A stretch of DNA of 64,000 nt, taken from assembly GCA_963817435.1 (NCBI GenBank), contig CAWFNY010000001.1:26895-90894 (forward strand), in the 5' to 3' direction. Origin of the DNA: an uncultured Gemmatimonadales bacterium (lineage in GTDB: Bacteria; Gemmatimonadota; Gemmatimonadetes; Gemmatimonadales; GWC2-71-9). Shown here one piece after another: positions 48,230 through 57,340 of the stretch (positions are counted from its first letter, which is position 1; each line of letters starts with the position of its first letter). The notes beneath the pieces were generated by a model, which saw only the letters and a program-made list of their open reading frames with translations, did no database searches and had not been told where the DNA came from. The translations under genes were made by a program, and so were the position numbers.

Positions 48230-49390
48230 ATGGCCGGGGTGCTCACTGTCCTCGACATCACCAAGTATTTCGGCGACGCCACCGGCGGGATCCGGACCTA
48301 CCTCCTCGAGAAGGCGCGGTACGTCCAGCGGCACGCCGGACTGCGACAGCTGCTCGTCGTCCCGGGCGCCGGCGATGCACTCGGCGAGGAGCGCGGTGTG
48401 CGCTGCTACCGGCTCCGCGGCCCGCGGATTCCCTTCGATCCGTCGTACCGGTTTCTGCTCGCGACCCGCACCACGCGACGCATCTTCGAACACGAGCGGC
48501 CCGACCTCATCGAAGTGGGCAGCCCGTGGCTCGTGCCCTGGGTGACTCGGTGGGCCAACCGCTCGCTGAGGGCCCCGCTGGTCTGGTTCTATCACACGCA
48601 TTTCCCCGCGATCATCAATCCCGGACTGGGATGGAGCACTGCGGCACGCCGGATCGCGGGGAATGTCGCCTGGGGCTACGTGCGCCGCCTGGCGGCCGGG
48701 TATCGCGCCGTGCTCGTGGCCTCAGAGAGCGTGGCCCGGCAGCTGGAGGCCGAGGGGGTGGAGCGGGTGCACCGGGTCGGCCTGGGTGTCGACCTCGAAC
48801 GCTTCACGCCGGAGCGGCGGCTGCAAGCCGCGGAAACGCGCCGCCGCTTCGGGCTCCCCGATGCGCCGCTCGCGCTCTTCCTCGGGCGCTTCGCCGAGGA
48901 GAAGCAGATCGAAACGGTGCTCTCGGCGTGGGGGGAGGTGGAGCGGCGCACCGATGCCTGGCTGGTGCTCGTCGGTGCCGGACCCCGTGAGGCGCGGCTC
49001 CGCGCCATGGCGGAGTCCCATCAGGTGCGCTGGGTGCCGTACCAGCGCGACCGCGACCAGCTCGCGGACCTGCTTGCGGCGGTGGATCTCTACATCGCCC
49101 CGGGGCCGGCGGAGACCTTCGGATTGAGCGCACTCGAGGCGATGGCGGCCGGGCTGCCCGTGCTGTCGGTGGATGCGGGCGGAGTGGCCGACCGGGTGCG
49201 AGCCTCCGGTGCAGGTGCGCTGTACGCGCCGGGTGATGCGGGCGCGTGCGCGACCGCCGCCACCGAGCTGCTCCGCGGCGATCCTGGCGCGCTCGGCCTG
49301 ACCGCACGGGCGTTTGCCGAGCGGCATCACTCCTGGGACACCGCGTTCGACGGCATATTCGCCGTCTATCGGGCCCTGCTCACCGCCTGA
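48230..49390 (+). CDS. GT4-family glycosyltransferase
   Basis: FLGRFAEEKQ...LVLVGAGP...ETFGLSALEAMAAGLPV (EX7E). An alternative GTG start is at 48098. Confidence 0.85.
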   Translation: MAGVLTVLDITKYFGDATGGIRTYLLEKARYVQRHAGLRQLLVVPGAGDALGEERGVRCYRLRGPRIPFDPSYRFLLATRTTRRIFEHERPDLIEVGSPWLVPWVTRWANRSLRAPLVWFYHTHFPAIINPGLGWSTAARRIAGNVAWGYVRRLAAGYRAVLVASESVARQLEAEGVERVHRVGLGVDLERFTPERRLQAAETRRRFGLPDAPLALFLGRFAEEKQIETVLSAWGEVERRTDAWLVLVGAGPREARLRAMAESHQVRWVPYQRDRDQLADLLAAVDLYIAPGPAETFGLSALEAMAAGLPVLSVDAGGVADRVRASGAGALYAPGDAGACATAATELLRGDPGALGLTARAFAERHHSWDTAFDGIFAVYRALLTA

Positions 49391-49395
49391 CGGGG

Positions 49396-50271
49396 ATGCC
49401 ACTCTCCTTTGCGGTCGCCAATCTGATCTGCGGGCTGCTCTGGGCGGGTGACCTCGTCGCCCGGAGCTTCCGGATCCAGTGGCTGCTCCGCGGGCTCGGG
49501 CAGCGGGTCAGTTTCCGGGAGGCCTTCCGGCTGAATGCCTGGGGCGAGGCCGGCTGCGCTCTGACTCCCATGCGCGTCGCGGGCGAGCCGATGCGGCTGC
49601 TGGGCATGCTGCGATCCGGCGTGCCGGCGACGGCGGCCTTCATGGCGATCGCCATCGAGGTGCTGGCGGCGTGGCCGGTCATCATCGCGCTGGCGGCAGC
49701 CGGCCTCTGGCGCTTCGCGCCGGACTGGCTGGCGGAGGCCCGTCCCGCGCTGCTGCTCGGTGTCAGGCAGCGAATCGGGTGGGTGGTGGTCGTGCTGCTG
49801 GCGACTGTGGTGGTCGGTGTGGCCGCGGGCCGGGCCCTGCGACGGGCCGGGCGCGGACCCCGCCGGTCCTGGAAACGGATGCTGGTCTACGGCCGGCGGG
49901 TCTCGTGGTGGCCGCTCGCGGCCGGTGCGCCGATGACCGCGGTGAACGTGCTCGCCCGCAGCGCCATGCTCCCCGTGCTGGCGCTGACCCTGCCGGCGCA
50001 TCCGCCGGTCGGGGTCATGCTCGTGGGCTCGTTCGGATTGCTCTACAGCCAGCTGGTATTGCCCACGCCCGCCGGGGCGGGGGTGGTCGAGCTCGGCTTC
50101 CTCGCCGGGGCCGCGGGAGATCTCGCGGGGGGAAACGGCACCTCGGCGGCGATGCTGCTGCTCGCGTGGCGGTTCTGGTCGGTGGCCGCGGGGGCCATTC
50201 TCGGGCTCCTGCTGGCGGCCCGCAGCGTCGAATGGGGGGAAATCCGGTCGCTCTTCCGCAGGGCCGTGTAG
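49396..50271 (+). CDS. UPF0104 / flippase-like membrane protein (second paralogue in the window)
   Basis: Polytopic; RIQWLLRGLG...LTPMRVAGEPMRL...PTPAGAGVVELGF. Starts 5 nt after the GT4 stop. Confidence 0.65.
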   Translation: MPLSFAVANLICGLLWAGDLVARSFRIQWLLRGLGQRVSFREAFRLNAWGEAGCALTPMRVAGEPMRLLGMLRSGVPATAAFMAIAIEVLAAWPVIIALAAAGLWRFAPDWLAEARPALLLGVRQRIGWVVVVLLATVVVGVAAGRALRRAGRGPRRSWKRMLVYGRRVSWWPLAAGAPMTAVNVLARSAMLPVLALTLPAHPPVGVMLVGSFGLLYSQLVLPTPAGAGVVELGFLAGAAGDLAGGNGTSAAMLLLAWRFWSVAAGAILGLLLAARSVEWGEIRSLFRRAV

Positions 50272-50336
50272 CGAGTCACTGGCTGCGAGGGGGAAGCCTC
50301 ACAACTTGCTGACCGCGCATGCGAAGCCGTGCCCGC

Positions 50337-50678
50337 TCAGCGCGGCCCGGGCTTCGCGCGCGGCGGCGGCGCAATGGCGACCAGCAGCGTCGTCCGTTCC
50401 AGGACCTCGACCACGCCGTGCGCCACATCGGCGGGCGCCCAGACGAGTTCGCCCGCTTCCACGATACGCGATTCCTCCGCCACGGACAGCCTCGCCTTTC
50501 CCGACACGACGAAGTAAAATTTGTCCGCGCCCGCATGGGCGTGAACCGGCTGCGTCTGGCCCGGCTCGAAGCAGTTGAGTCCGACGAACAACTGGCCGCC
50601 GGCAAAGAGATCGGCCTTCATGCTCTTCGAAGTGCTGAACGACTCCGCCTCCGCGACCCGCCTGAAATACATGCTCAT
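50337..50678 (-). CDS. Cupin-domain protein
   Basis: QPVHAHAGADKFYFVVSGKARL...PADVAHGV. ATG at 50678. Confidence 0.75.
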   Translation of the reverse strand: MSMYFRRVAEAESFSTSKSMKADLFAGGQLFVGLNCFEPGQTQPVHAHAGADKFYFVVSGKARLSVAEESRIVEAGELVWAPADVAHGVVEVLERTTLLVAIAPPPRAKPGPR

Positions 50679-50723
50679 GCCGCTCCGTCCCCTGGTTCCC
50701 GTTCCCTGTTTCCCGCGATAGCC

Positions 50724-52142
50724 ATGACCACCCGCATCGAAAAAGACCCGCTCGGCGAGAAGCCGGTTCCCGCGGAGGCCCTCTACGGCATCCAGACCGT
50801 TCGCGCCGTCGAAAACTTTCCCATCTCCGGTCTCCGGCCGCTGCCGGCCTTCGTCGATGCGGTCATCTGGATCAAGCGGTCCGCCGCTCTGACGCACAAG
50901 GAAACCGGGCGCCTCGATGCCAGGCTCGCGGACGCCATCGTCACGGCGGCCGATGAGGTGCTGTCCGGCAAGCACCGCGACCAGTTCGTGGTCGATGTCT
51001 ACCAGGCGGGAGCCGGTACCTCACACAACATGAACTGTAACGAGGTGCTCGCCAACCGGGCCAACGAGCTGCTCGGTGGCGCTCGCGGCACGTATACGCC
51101 GGTGCATCCCAACGATCACGTCAACATGGCGCAGAGCACCAACGACGTGATCCCGACGGCGCTGCGCCTTGCGACCCTCGCCACCCTGCCGCTTGTCCTG
51201 CAGGGCATGGACCGGCTCGCCGCCGCCTGCCTCGCCAAGGGCCAGGAATTCGACCACGTGATCAAGTCGGGCCGCACGCACCTGCAGGATGCGACCCCGA
51301 TCCGGCTCGGCCAGGAATTCACGGCATATGGGCACACGGTGCAGCGCCACCGGCAGAAGCTGGCGCAGGCCGCCGACTGGCTCCGTGCCATGGGCATCGG
51401 CGGCACGGCCGTGGGGACCGGTCTCAACGCCGAGGCCGCCTATCCCGCCCTCATGGTGAAATACCTGAAGCAGGTGAGCGGTCTCGAGCTGACCGTCGGG
51501 GAGGACCGCATCCAGCTCATGCAGTCGATGGGCGATGTCGCCACGCTGAGCGGGGCGCTCCGGGCCTACGTGCTCGACCTCAACAAGATCGCCAACGACA
51601 TCCGGCTGCTCGCGTCGGGCCCGCGCACCGGCCTCGCCGAGATCATGCTGCCCGCGGTCCAGCCCGGTTCGAGCATCATGCCGGGCAAGGTCAACCCCTC
51701 GATCGCCGAAATGGTCAACCAGGTCTGCTATCAGGCGCTGGGGCTGGATACGACGGTCGCCATGGCGGCGGAGGCCGGCCAGCTCGAGCTCAACGTGATG
51801 ATGCCGGTCATCACACACAACATGGTCTTCGGCCTGACGATCGTCGGCAATGCCACCAGGGTCTTCGCGGAGCGCTGCGTCGCCGGGATCGAAGCCGACG
51901 AGAAGCTCTGCGGCTACTGGCTCGAGCGGAGCCCCGCGCTGGTCACGGCCCTCGCCCCGAAGCTCGGGTACGCCGAGTCGGCCAAGCTCGCCAAGGAGGC
52001 GATCGCCACCGGCCTGACCGTCAAGGAACTCGTGGTGAAGAAGGCGCTGCTCAAGGGGAAGGAACTGGAGGAGATCCTGGATCTGCGCGCAATGACTGAG
52101 ATCGGGGTGCCCGGAGGGGTCGGACTTCCCGGAGGCGGTTGA
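50724..52142 (+). CDS. aspA: Aspartate ammonia-lyase (class II fumarase/aspartase family)
   Basis: VDVYQAGAGTSHNMN, HPNDHVNMAQSTND and GSSIMPGKVNP. The STND and VDVYQ blocks favour aspartase over FumC. Confidence 0.85.
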   Translation: MTTRIEKDPLGEKPVPAEALYGIQTVRAVENFPISGLRPLPAFVDAVIWIKRSAALTHKETGRLDARLADAIVTAADEVLSGKHRDQFVVDVYQAGAGTSHNMNCNEVLANRANELLGGARGTYTPVHPNDHVNMAQSTNDVIPTALRLATLATLPLVLQGMDRLAAACLAKGQEFDHVIKSGRTHLQDATPIRLGQEFTAYGHTVQRHRQKLAQAADWLRAMGIGGTAVGTGLNAEAAYPALMVKYLKQVSGLELTVGEDRIQLMQSMGDVATLSGALRAYVLDLNKIANDIRLLASGPRTGLAEIMLPAVQPGSSIMPGKVNPSIAEMVNQVCYQALGLDTTVAMAAEAGQLELNVMMPVITHNMVFGLTIVGNATRVFAERCVAGIEADEKLCGYWLERSPALVTALAPKLGYAESAKLAKEAIATGLTVKELVVKKALLKGKELEEILDLRAMTEIGVPGGVGLPGGG

Positions 52143-52256
52143 GACGGTTCATGGGGATTTTCGCAAGCGCGGATGAAGCTATTATCAGGCGGTTCTCACT
52201 GATTTCACCCGCCGGGTTTCTTGCCTCCGCCGGGTATCGGGAACATATTCTTCCCC

Positions 52257-52715
52257 ATGCGAATCACGACATGGACCGAGTATAGCCTGATCATCTCGCT
52301 CCACCTGGCCAAGCGTAGCGCGGCAGGGAGCGGACCTGTTGCTGCTCGTGAGATTGCCGAGCAGGAGCGCCTACCTGGAGACTACGTCGAGCAGATCCTG
52401 CTCCGACTCAGGCGTGCCGGCCTGGTTGAGAGCGTGCGCGGCGCGAAGGGCGGGTACTACATCGCCAAGGATCCGGTGGCGATCACGATGCGGGATATCA
52501 TGACCGCGTCCGAGCACCAGACCTTCGAGATGAACTGCGAGTCGCATCCGGTCGACAGCGAGCGGTGTCAGACCGGCAGCGCCTGCAGCATCCGCCCGGT
52601 CTGGCAGGCGCTGCAGATGCGGGTCGATGAACTGCTCGCCAGCATCTCGCTGGCCGACCTCATGAAGCACGAGACCCAGGTGCAGGAACTGGTCAGTATC
52701 GTTCCCGCATCGTGA
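52257..52715 (+). CDS. Rrf2-family transcriptional regulator with Cys triad (probable Fe-S sensor)
   Basis: MRITTWTEYSLIISLHLA...GLVESVRGAKGGYYIA...C-x9-C-x5-C. Confidence 0.88.
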   Translation: MRITTWTEYSLIISLHLAKRSAAGSGPVAAREIAEQERLPGDYVEQILLRLRRAGLVESVRGAKGGYYIAKDPVAITMRDIMTASEHQTFEMNCESHPVDSERCQTGSACSIRPVWQALQMRVDELLASISLADLMKHETQVQELVSIVPAS

Positions 52716-52787
52716 AGTTACGCTGGACCGTCGGCGGTTGACCCTCACGCCCGGCCCAAGTGGCCGGGCGTTGCCGTTGGAGGCCCC

Positions 52788-53930
52788 ATGACTCTCCCTC
52801 ATCTCTCCCACGAAGAGATCCTTCGTTATTCGCGCCACCTGCTCCTGCCGGAGGTCGGCGTCGAGGGGCAGCGCAAGCTCAAGGGCGCGCGCGTGCTGAC
52901 GATCGGGGCCGGCGGCCTCGGCTCGCCGATCGCCCTCTACCTCACCGCCGCCGGCGTGGGCACCATCGGTATCGTGGAGTTCGACGTCGTCGATCTGACC
53001 AACCTGCAGCGCCAGGTCCTGCACGGTACCAGCCAGGTCGGACGCCCGAAGCTCGACTCGGCGGCGGCGCGGCTCCAGGATCTGAATCCTCATGTGCGGG
53101 TGGAGCGCCACCCGGTGCAGCTCAGTTCCGCCAACGCTCTCGAAATTCTCGGCGCGTACGACGTCGTCATCGATGGCAGCGACAATTTTCCCACCCGCTA
53201 TCTGGTGAATGACGCAGCGGTGCTGCTCGGCAAGCCGCTGGTCTACGGGAGCATCTTCCGGTTCGAGGGCCAGGTCTCGGTGTTCGATGCGACCCGAGGG
53301 CCCTGCTACCGCTGCCTCTACAGCGAGCCCCCGCCGCCCGGACTGGTTCCCAGTTGCGCGGAGGGCGGCGTCCTCGGCGTGCTGCCGGGCATCATCGGAA
53401 GCATGCAGGCGCTGGAAGCGATCAAGCTGATTCTCGGTGTCGGGGAGCCCCTGATCGGACGACTGCTGCTCTTCGATGCGCTGCGGCTCCGCTTCCGGGA
53501 GCTGCAGCTGCGCAAGGATCCCGACTGCCCCCTCTGCGGCGCGCGACCCAGCATCACCGCGCTCATCGACTACGAGGCGTTCTGTGGCATCGGAGCGGCC
53601 GCGGCACCGACGGGCGCGGAGATCTCCGCGGCGGAACTGCACGCGGCGCTCGACGCCCAGCGGCGAGTCGCGATTCTGGATGTCCGGGAGCCGCATGAAT
53701 TCGAGATCGTCCACCTCCCGGGCAGCACCCTGATTCCCCTGCGGGAACTTCCGGGCCGCCTCACGCAACTCGATGCGCGCGCGGAACTGGTCGTCCTGTG
53801 TCACCATGGCATGCGGTCCCTGCAGGCCGTCGAGCTGTTGCGCGCCGCCGGATTCCCGCACGCGCGGAGTCTCGCGGGCGGCATCGACGCCTGGGCCGTC
53901 GAGGTGGACCCCTCACTCGCGCGCTATTGA
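52788..53930 (+). CDS. moeB: MoeB/ThiF-type adenylyltransferase with C-terminal rhodanese domain
   Basis: RYSRHLLLPEVGVEGQRKL...GAGGLGSP...CYRCLY...CPLCG. The rhodanese domain shows ...VLCHHGMRS. Confidence 0.9.
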   Translation: MTLPHLSHEEILRYSRHLLLPEVGVEGQRKLKGARVLTIGAGGLGSPIALYLTAAGVGTIGIVEFDVVDLTNLQRQVLHGTSQVGRPKLDSAAARLQDLNPHVRVERHPVQLSSANALEILGAYDVVIDGSDNFPTRYLVNDAAVLLGKPLVYGSIFRFEGQVSVFDATRGPCYRCLYSEPPPPGLVPSCAEGGVLGVLPGIIGSMQALEAIKLILGVGEPLIGRLLLFDALRLRFRELQLRKDPDCPLCGARPSITALIDYEAFCGIGAAAAPTGAEISAAELHAALDAQRRVAILDVREPHEFEIVHLPGSTLIPLRELPGRLTQLDARAELVVLCHHGMRSLQAVELLRAAGFPHARSLAGGIDAWAVEVDPSLARY

Positions 53931-54037
53931 TCGTCCACGGCGGCGGCCCGGGGCCGATGCGCAATGCGGATCGCGGATCAGCGTGCCGCTTCGCCGGTTG
54001 ACGCCGCACGCCTCTCGTCGGTACTTTGTCCGCCCAC

Positions 54038-54121
54038 GCCGAAGTGGTGGAACTGGTAGACGCGCTGCGTTCAGGGCGCAGTGGGCGCAAGCCCGTGGGG
54101 GTTCGAGTCCCCCCTTCGGCA
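54038..54121 (+). tRNA. tRNA-Leu (anticodon CAG), class II with long variable arm; CCA not encoded
   Basis: GCCGAAG-TG-GTGGAACTGGTAGAC-GCGCTGCG-TTCAGGG-CGCAG-TGGGCGCAAGCCCGT-GGGGGTTCGAGTCCCCC-CTTCGGC-A. It aligns almost base for base with E. coli tRNA-Leu(CAG). Confidence 0.95.
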
Positions 54122-54172
54122 CTCAAATGAATGTGGGGCCAGGGCACGCCTTGGCCCCACATTCATTTGAGT
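54121..54172 (+). terminator. 20-bp perfect hairpin immediately 3' of tRNA-Leu
   Basis: ACTCAAATGAATGTGGGGCC-(12 nt)-GGCCCCACATTCATTTGAGT. The left arm begins at the tRNA discriminator base. Confidence 0.5.
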
Positions 54173-54213
54173 GCCTTCCCCTAGGCCCAACCCCCTGTCT
54201 ATCTTCGGGTTAC

Positions 54214-54708
54214 ATGACGACCCGAGCCGCCCGAGCCGCCGCTGACGAGACGGGCAAGATTTCGGTCGCTCGCAATCCCAAGGCGACCCACGACTACCAC
54301 ATCCTCGAGACGTGGGAGGCGGGGCTGGTGCTCACCGGCACCGAGGTGAAGTCGTTACGGTCGGGCAAGGCGTCCATCAAGGAAGGCTTCGCGCGGCTGG
54401 CCAACAACGAGGTCTTCCTCGAGGGCGTCAACATCACGCCCTATGAGCAGGGAAACCGCTACAACCACGATCCGGTGCGGACCCGCAAGCTGCTGCTCAA
54501 GCGGCGCGAGATCGAGCGCCTGATCGGCGCGGTGGAGCAGAAGGGGCTCACGCTCGTCCCCTTGGAGCTCTACTTCCGCAACGGGGTGGCCAAGGTGACG
54601 CTGGCGCTGGGGCGCGGGAAGAAGTATCACGACCGTCGCGAGGACCTGAAGAAGCGCGATGCCGAGCGCGAGGTCGCGCGCGCGCTCGCCCATCGGGGGC
54701 GCGAGTGA
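54214..54708 (+). CDS. smpB: SsrA-binding protein
   Basis: NPKATHDYHILETWEAGLVLTGTEVKSLR...HDPVRTRKLLL...GRGKKYHDRRED. Confidence 0.95.
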   Translation: MTTRAARAAADETGKISVARNPKATHDYHILETWEAGLVLTGTEVKSLRSGKASIKEGFARLANNEVFLEGVNITPYEQGNRYNHDPVRTRKLLLKRREIERLIGAVEQKGLTLVPLELYFRNGVAKVTLALGRGKKYHDRREDLKKRDAEREVARALAHRGRE

Positions 54709-55934
54709 TCGGCCGGACTCGCCCCCTGCTCCTGCTGCTCGGCGCCGTTCTCACGGCGGCGCCCGCGGTGGCGGCTGTGCCGGCGCAGCTCACGGTCCAG
54801 ACCCCTCGGGGGACGGCGCGCCTGCCCGTCGTCATGGATCGCCTTGCCGGTCCCGCCGTCCCGGGTGATGCGCTGATCCGGGCACTCAACGGGATGGTGA
54901 ATCGCGGGGAGCCCTGGGTCGAGGTGACGATCGCCCGGCAATCGTTCCGCTTTCTCGAGGGCGCCCCGCTGTTCGCCTTCAACGATCGTCTGCAGCCACT
55001 CGCCGGCTGGGCTTTCCGCCAGCGGGACTCGCTGTACCTCCCCCTCCAGTTCGTCACCGAGGTCCTGCCGCGGGTGCTGGCGGAACGCTACCGGTACGAC
55101 ACCGGCCGTGGCCGGCTGACCGAATCAGGGACCGACGCGACACCGGTGTCATCCCCGCGGCAGTCCGCCGGCCCCAGATTGCCGAATGGACTGCTGCCCG
55201 GTCACGTCGTGACGGTCGATGCCGGCCACGGCGGACGGGACCCCGGGAACCCCGGACTGTACTTCCCGCGGGGAATCAGGGAAAAGGACGTCACGCTGGC
55301 GGTGTCGCTGCTGCTGCGCGATGAACTGCGGCGGCGCGGGGTCCGGGTGGTGATGACGCGGACCACCGACACCCTGATCAACCGGGTGGACCGCGCGCCG
55401 TTCTGCACCAACGAGTGCGATCTCTTCGTCAGCCTGCACGTCGATGCGCTGGATCCCAGGGCCAGGCGCCGCTACGGCGAAGTGAGCGGATTCCACACGA
55501 TCATCGTCGGGGAGGAGAACACCGAGGACGCGGACCGGATCGCCCGCATGGAGAACGATGCCGTGCGGTATGAGGACCCGAAGCCGGACCGGCCGCGGGA
55601 CGACCTCGACTTCATTCTGCGCAACCTGCAGATGAACGAATACCTGCGGGAATCGGCGCGCGCCGCCGAGCTGGTGCAGGAACACATCCAGGAAGTGCAC
55701 ACGGGAGAGAATCGCGGGGTGAAGCAGTCCAACCAGCTGGCGGTGCTCAACACCGCCCGGCGCCCGGCGATCCTGGTGGAGATGGGGTACAGTACCAACC
55801 CGCGGGACGCCCGCATCCTCACCGGCAGGAAATCCCAGCAGGCGCTCGCGACGGCGATCGCCGACGCCATCGTCGCCTATCTGCTCGAGTATGAGCGGAA
55901 GACCGGCAGCGCCGGCGCGGGGAGCGGCCGGTGA
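54705..55934 (+). CDS. N-acetylmuramoyl-L-alanine amidase (Amidase_3, AmiC-like)
   Basis: VVTVDAGHGGRDPG...DLFVSLHVDA...VLNTARRPAILVEMGYSTNP. A GTGA overlap links it to smpB. Confidence 0.85.
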   Translation: MIGRTRPLLLLLGAVLTAAPAVAAVPAQLTVQTPRGTARLPVVMDRLAGPAVPGDALIRALNGMVNRGEPWVEVTIARQSFRFLEGAPLFAFNDRLQPLAGWAFRQRDSLYLPLQFVTEVLPRVLAERYRYDTGRGRLTESGTDATPVSSPRQSAGPRLPNGLLPGHVVTVDAGHGGRDPGNPGLYFPRGIREKDVTLAVSLLLRDELRRRGVRVVMTRTTDTLINRVDRAPFCTNECDLFVSLHVDALDPRARRRYGEVSGFHTIIVGEENTEDADRIARMENDAVRYEDPKPDRPRDDLDFILRNLQMNEYLRESARAAELVQEHIQEVHTGENRGVKQSNQLAVLNTARRPAILVEMGYSTNPRDARILTGRKSQQALATAIADAIVAYLLEYERKTGSAGAGSGR

Positions 55935-57340
55935 AGCGCATCGCCCTCGGCGTCGTTGCCGTGCTCGCGGCCGGGTGCGGCGGCTACTACAACGGGATGT
56001 ACACGGCCGAACAGCTCGCGAGCCGGGCCCGTCGCGCGGAGAAGGAGGGGCGCACGTTCGACGCAACCAGCCTCTGGGGGCAGGTTTCGGTCCGGGCCGA
56101 GTCGGCACTTGTCAGGCATCCCCGCAGTGGATGGGCCGACCGGGCCAGGCTGCTGCAGGGCACCGCCCTGGCGAAACTCAGCGATTGCAGCCGCGCCCTG
56201 CCGCCGCTGGAGGCGGTCATGGTCGGCGCCCGCGAGACCGAGGTGGCGGAGCAGGCCGCGCTGCTGGTCGGCAGCTGCCGGGTGGCGGTGGGTGATCCCA
56301 TCGGGGCCACCAGCGCCTACGCGCGCCTGACGAACAGCCGGGACGCGGGACGCCGCAATCTCGCCCTGCTGGCGCATGGCCGGGCCCTGAGGATGGCGGG
56401 CAGCTACGACGAGGCCCTGGCCGAACTCGCCGGGTCCAGGGATCCCCGCGCGCGCGGCGAGCGCGCCGCGACCCTCGCCGCCCTCGGCCGGGTCCCGGAG
56501 GCGGAGGCGCTGGCCGACAGCCTCATGCTCGAAGGCGATTCGGCGGCGCCGTACGATTCGCTGCACGCGGGACTTGCCAGGCACGACTCGGCGGCGGCCA
56601 CCCGCTTCGTGGACCACCTCAGCGCGGCCACCGCGCTCCCGGCGGCGGTGCGGACGGCGGTGCTCCTTCAGGACGCCCGCCGCCTCATCGACACCGATTC
56701 CGCCGCCGCCGATCGCCGGCTTGCCGAAGCCCAGACCGTAGGCCGCGGCACCGCGCTGGCGGCGGAAGCCAGGCTCCAGGCCGCCGCGGCACGGATCGCC
56801 CGCGCCGACGGCGCAGAATCACTCGATAGCGAGGCGGAACGGCTGGAGGATTTCGGCGAGGCGCCCGGCGCGATCGGGACCCGAGCCCAGCAGCTTGCAG
56901 CGGTCGCCCGGCGAGTGGTCCTCGTCGCAGATTCGACGCCGCCGGGCTCCCCCAGCGGCGACCTCCGTCTCTTCATCGCCGGCGAACTCGCCCGGGATTC
57001 GCTCGGCGCTCCGCGGTTCGCGGCGCGCCAGTTCCAGCGCATCATCTCGGAGTGGCCCGAGTCGGAATACGCGCCCAAGGCGCTGCTCGCGCTGATCGAG
57101 CTCGAGCCGGCCCTCGGTGACAGCCTCCTGGGCGTCGTCCGCGCCCGCTACGCCGGCAGCCCCTATGTGCTCTTCGCCAGCGGGGAAGAGGCTCCGGCCT
57201 ATGAGGTCCTCGAGGATTCATTGCGGCGGTTCACCGAGACCTTCCGCCCCGAAGGCCGCCGTTCCGTCCCGCGACCGGGGCGCCCCGCCGCGCGCCCTGC
57301 TCCGCCCGTGACCCCGCGCGAGCCGAGCGAGCCGCAGTGA
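55931..57340 (+). CDS. Hypothetical lipoprotein, Ala-rich/TPR-like
   Basis: MKRIALGVVAVLAAGC lipobox, then helical repeat-like sequence. Confidence 0.55.
   Translation: MKRIALGVVAVLAAGCGGYYNGMYTAEQLASRARRAEKEGRTFDATSLWGQVSVRAESALVRHPRSGWADRARLLQGTALAKLSDCSRALPPLEAVMVGARETEVAEQAALLVGSCRVAVGDPIGATSAYARLTNSRDAGRRNLALLAHGRALRMAGSYDEALAELAGSRDPRARGERAATLAALGRVPEAEALADSLMLEGDSAAPYDSLHAGLARHDSAAATRFVDHLSAATALPAAVRTAVLLQDARRLIDTDSAAADRRLAEAQTVGRGTALAAEARLQAAAARIARADGAESLDSEAERLEDFGEAPGAIGTRAQQLAAVARRVVLVADSTPPGSPSGDLRLFIAGELARDSLGAPRFAARQFQRIISEWPESEYAPKALLALIELEPALGDSLLGVVRARYAGSPYVLFASGEEAPAYEVLEDSLRRFTETFRPEGRRSVPRPGRPAARPAPPVTPREPSEPQ

Noticed and set aside
54121-54172. Integrated element or att site at tRNA-Leu
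   Set aside because: There is no integrase, no direct repeat of the tRNA 3' end downstream within the window, and no compositional island. The flanking genes (moeB, smpB, amidase) are housekeeping genes.
53931-54213. tmRNA (ssrA) expected next to smpB
   Set aside because: The only structured RNA here is an 84-nt class II tRNA-Leu. I saw no tRNA-Ala-like acceptor with a tag-peptide ORF, and no ...TCGAATCCC...CCACCA-type end.
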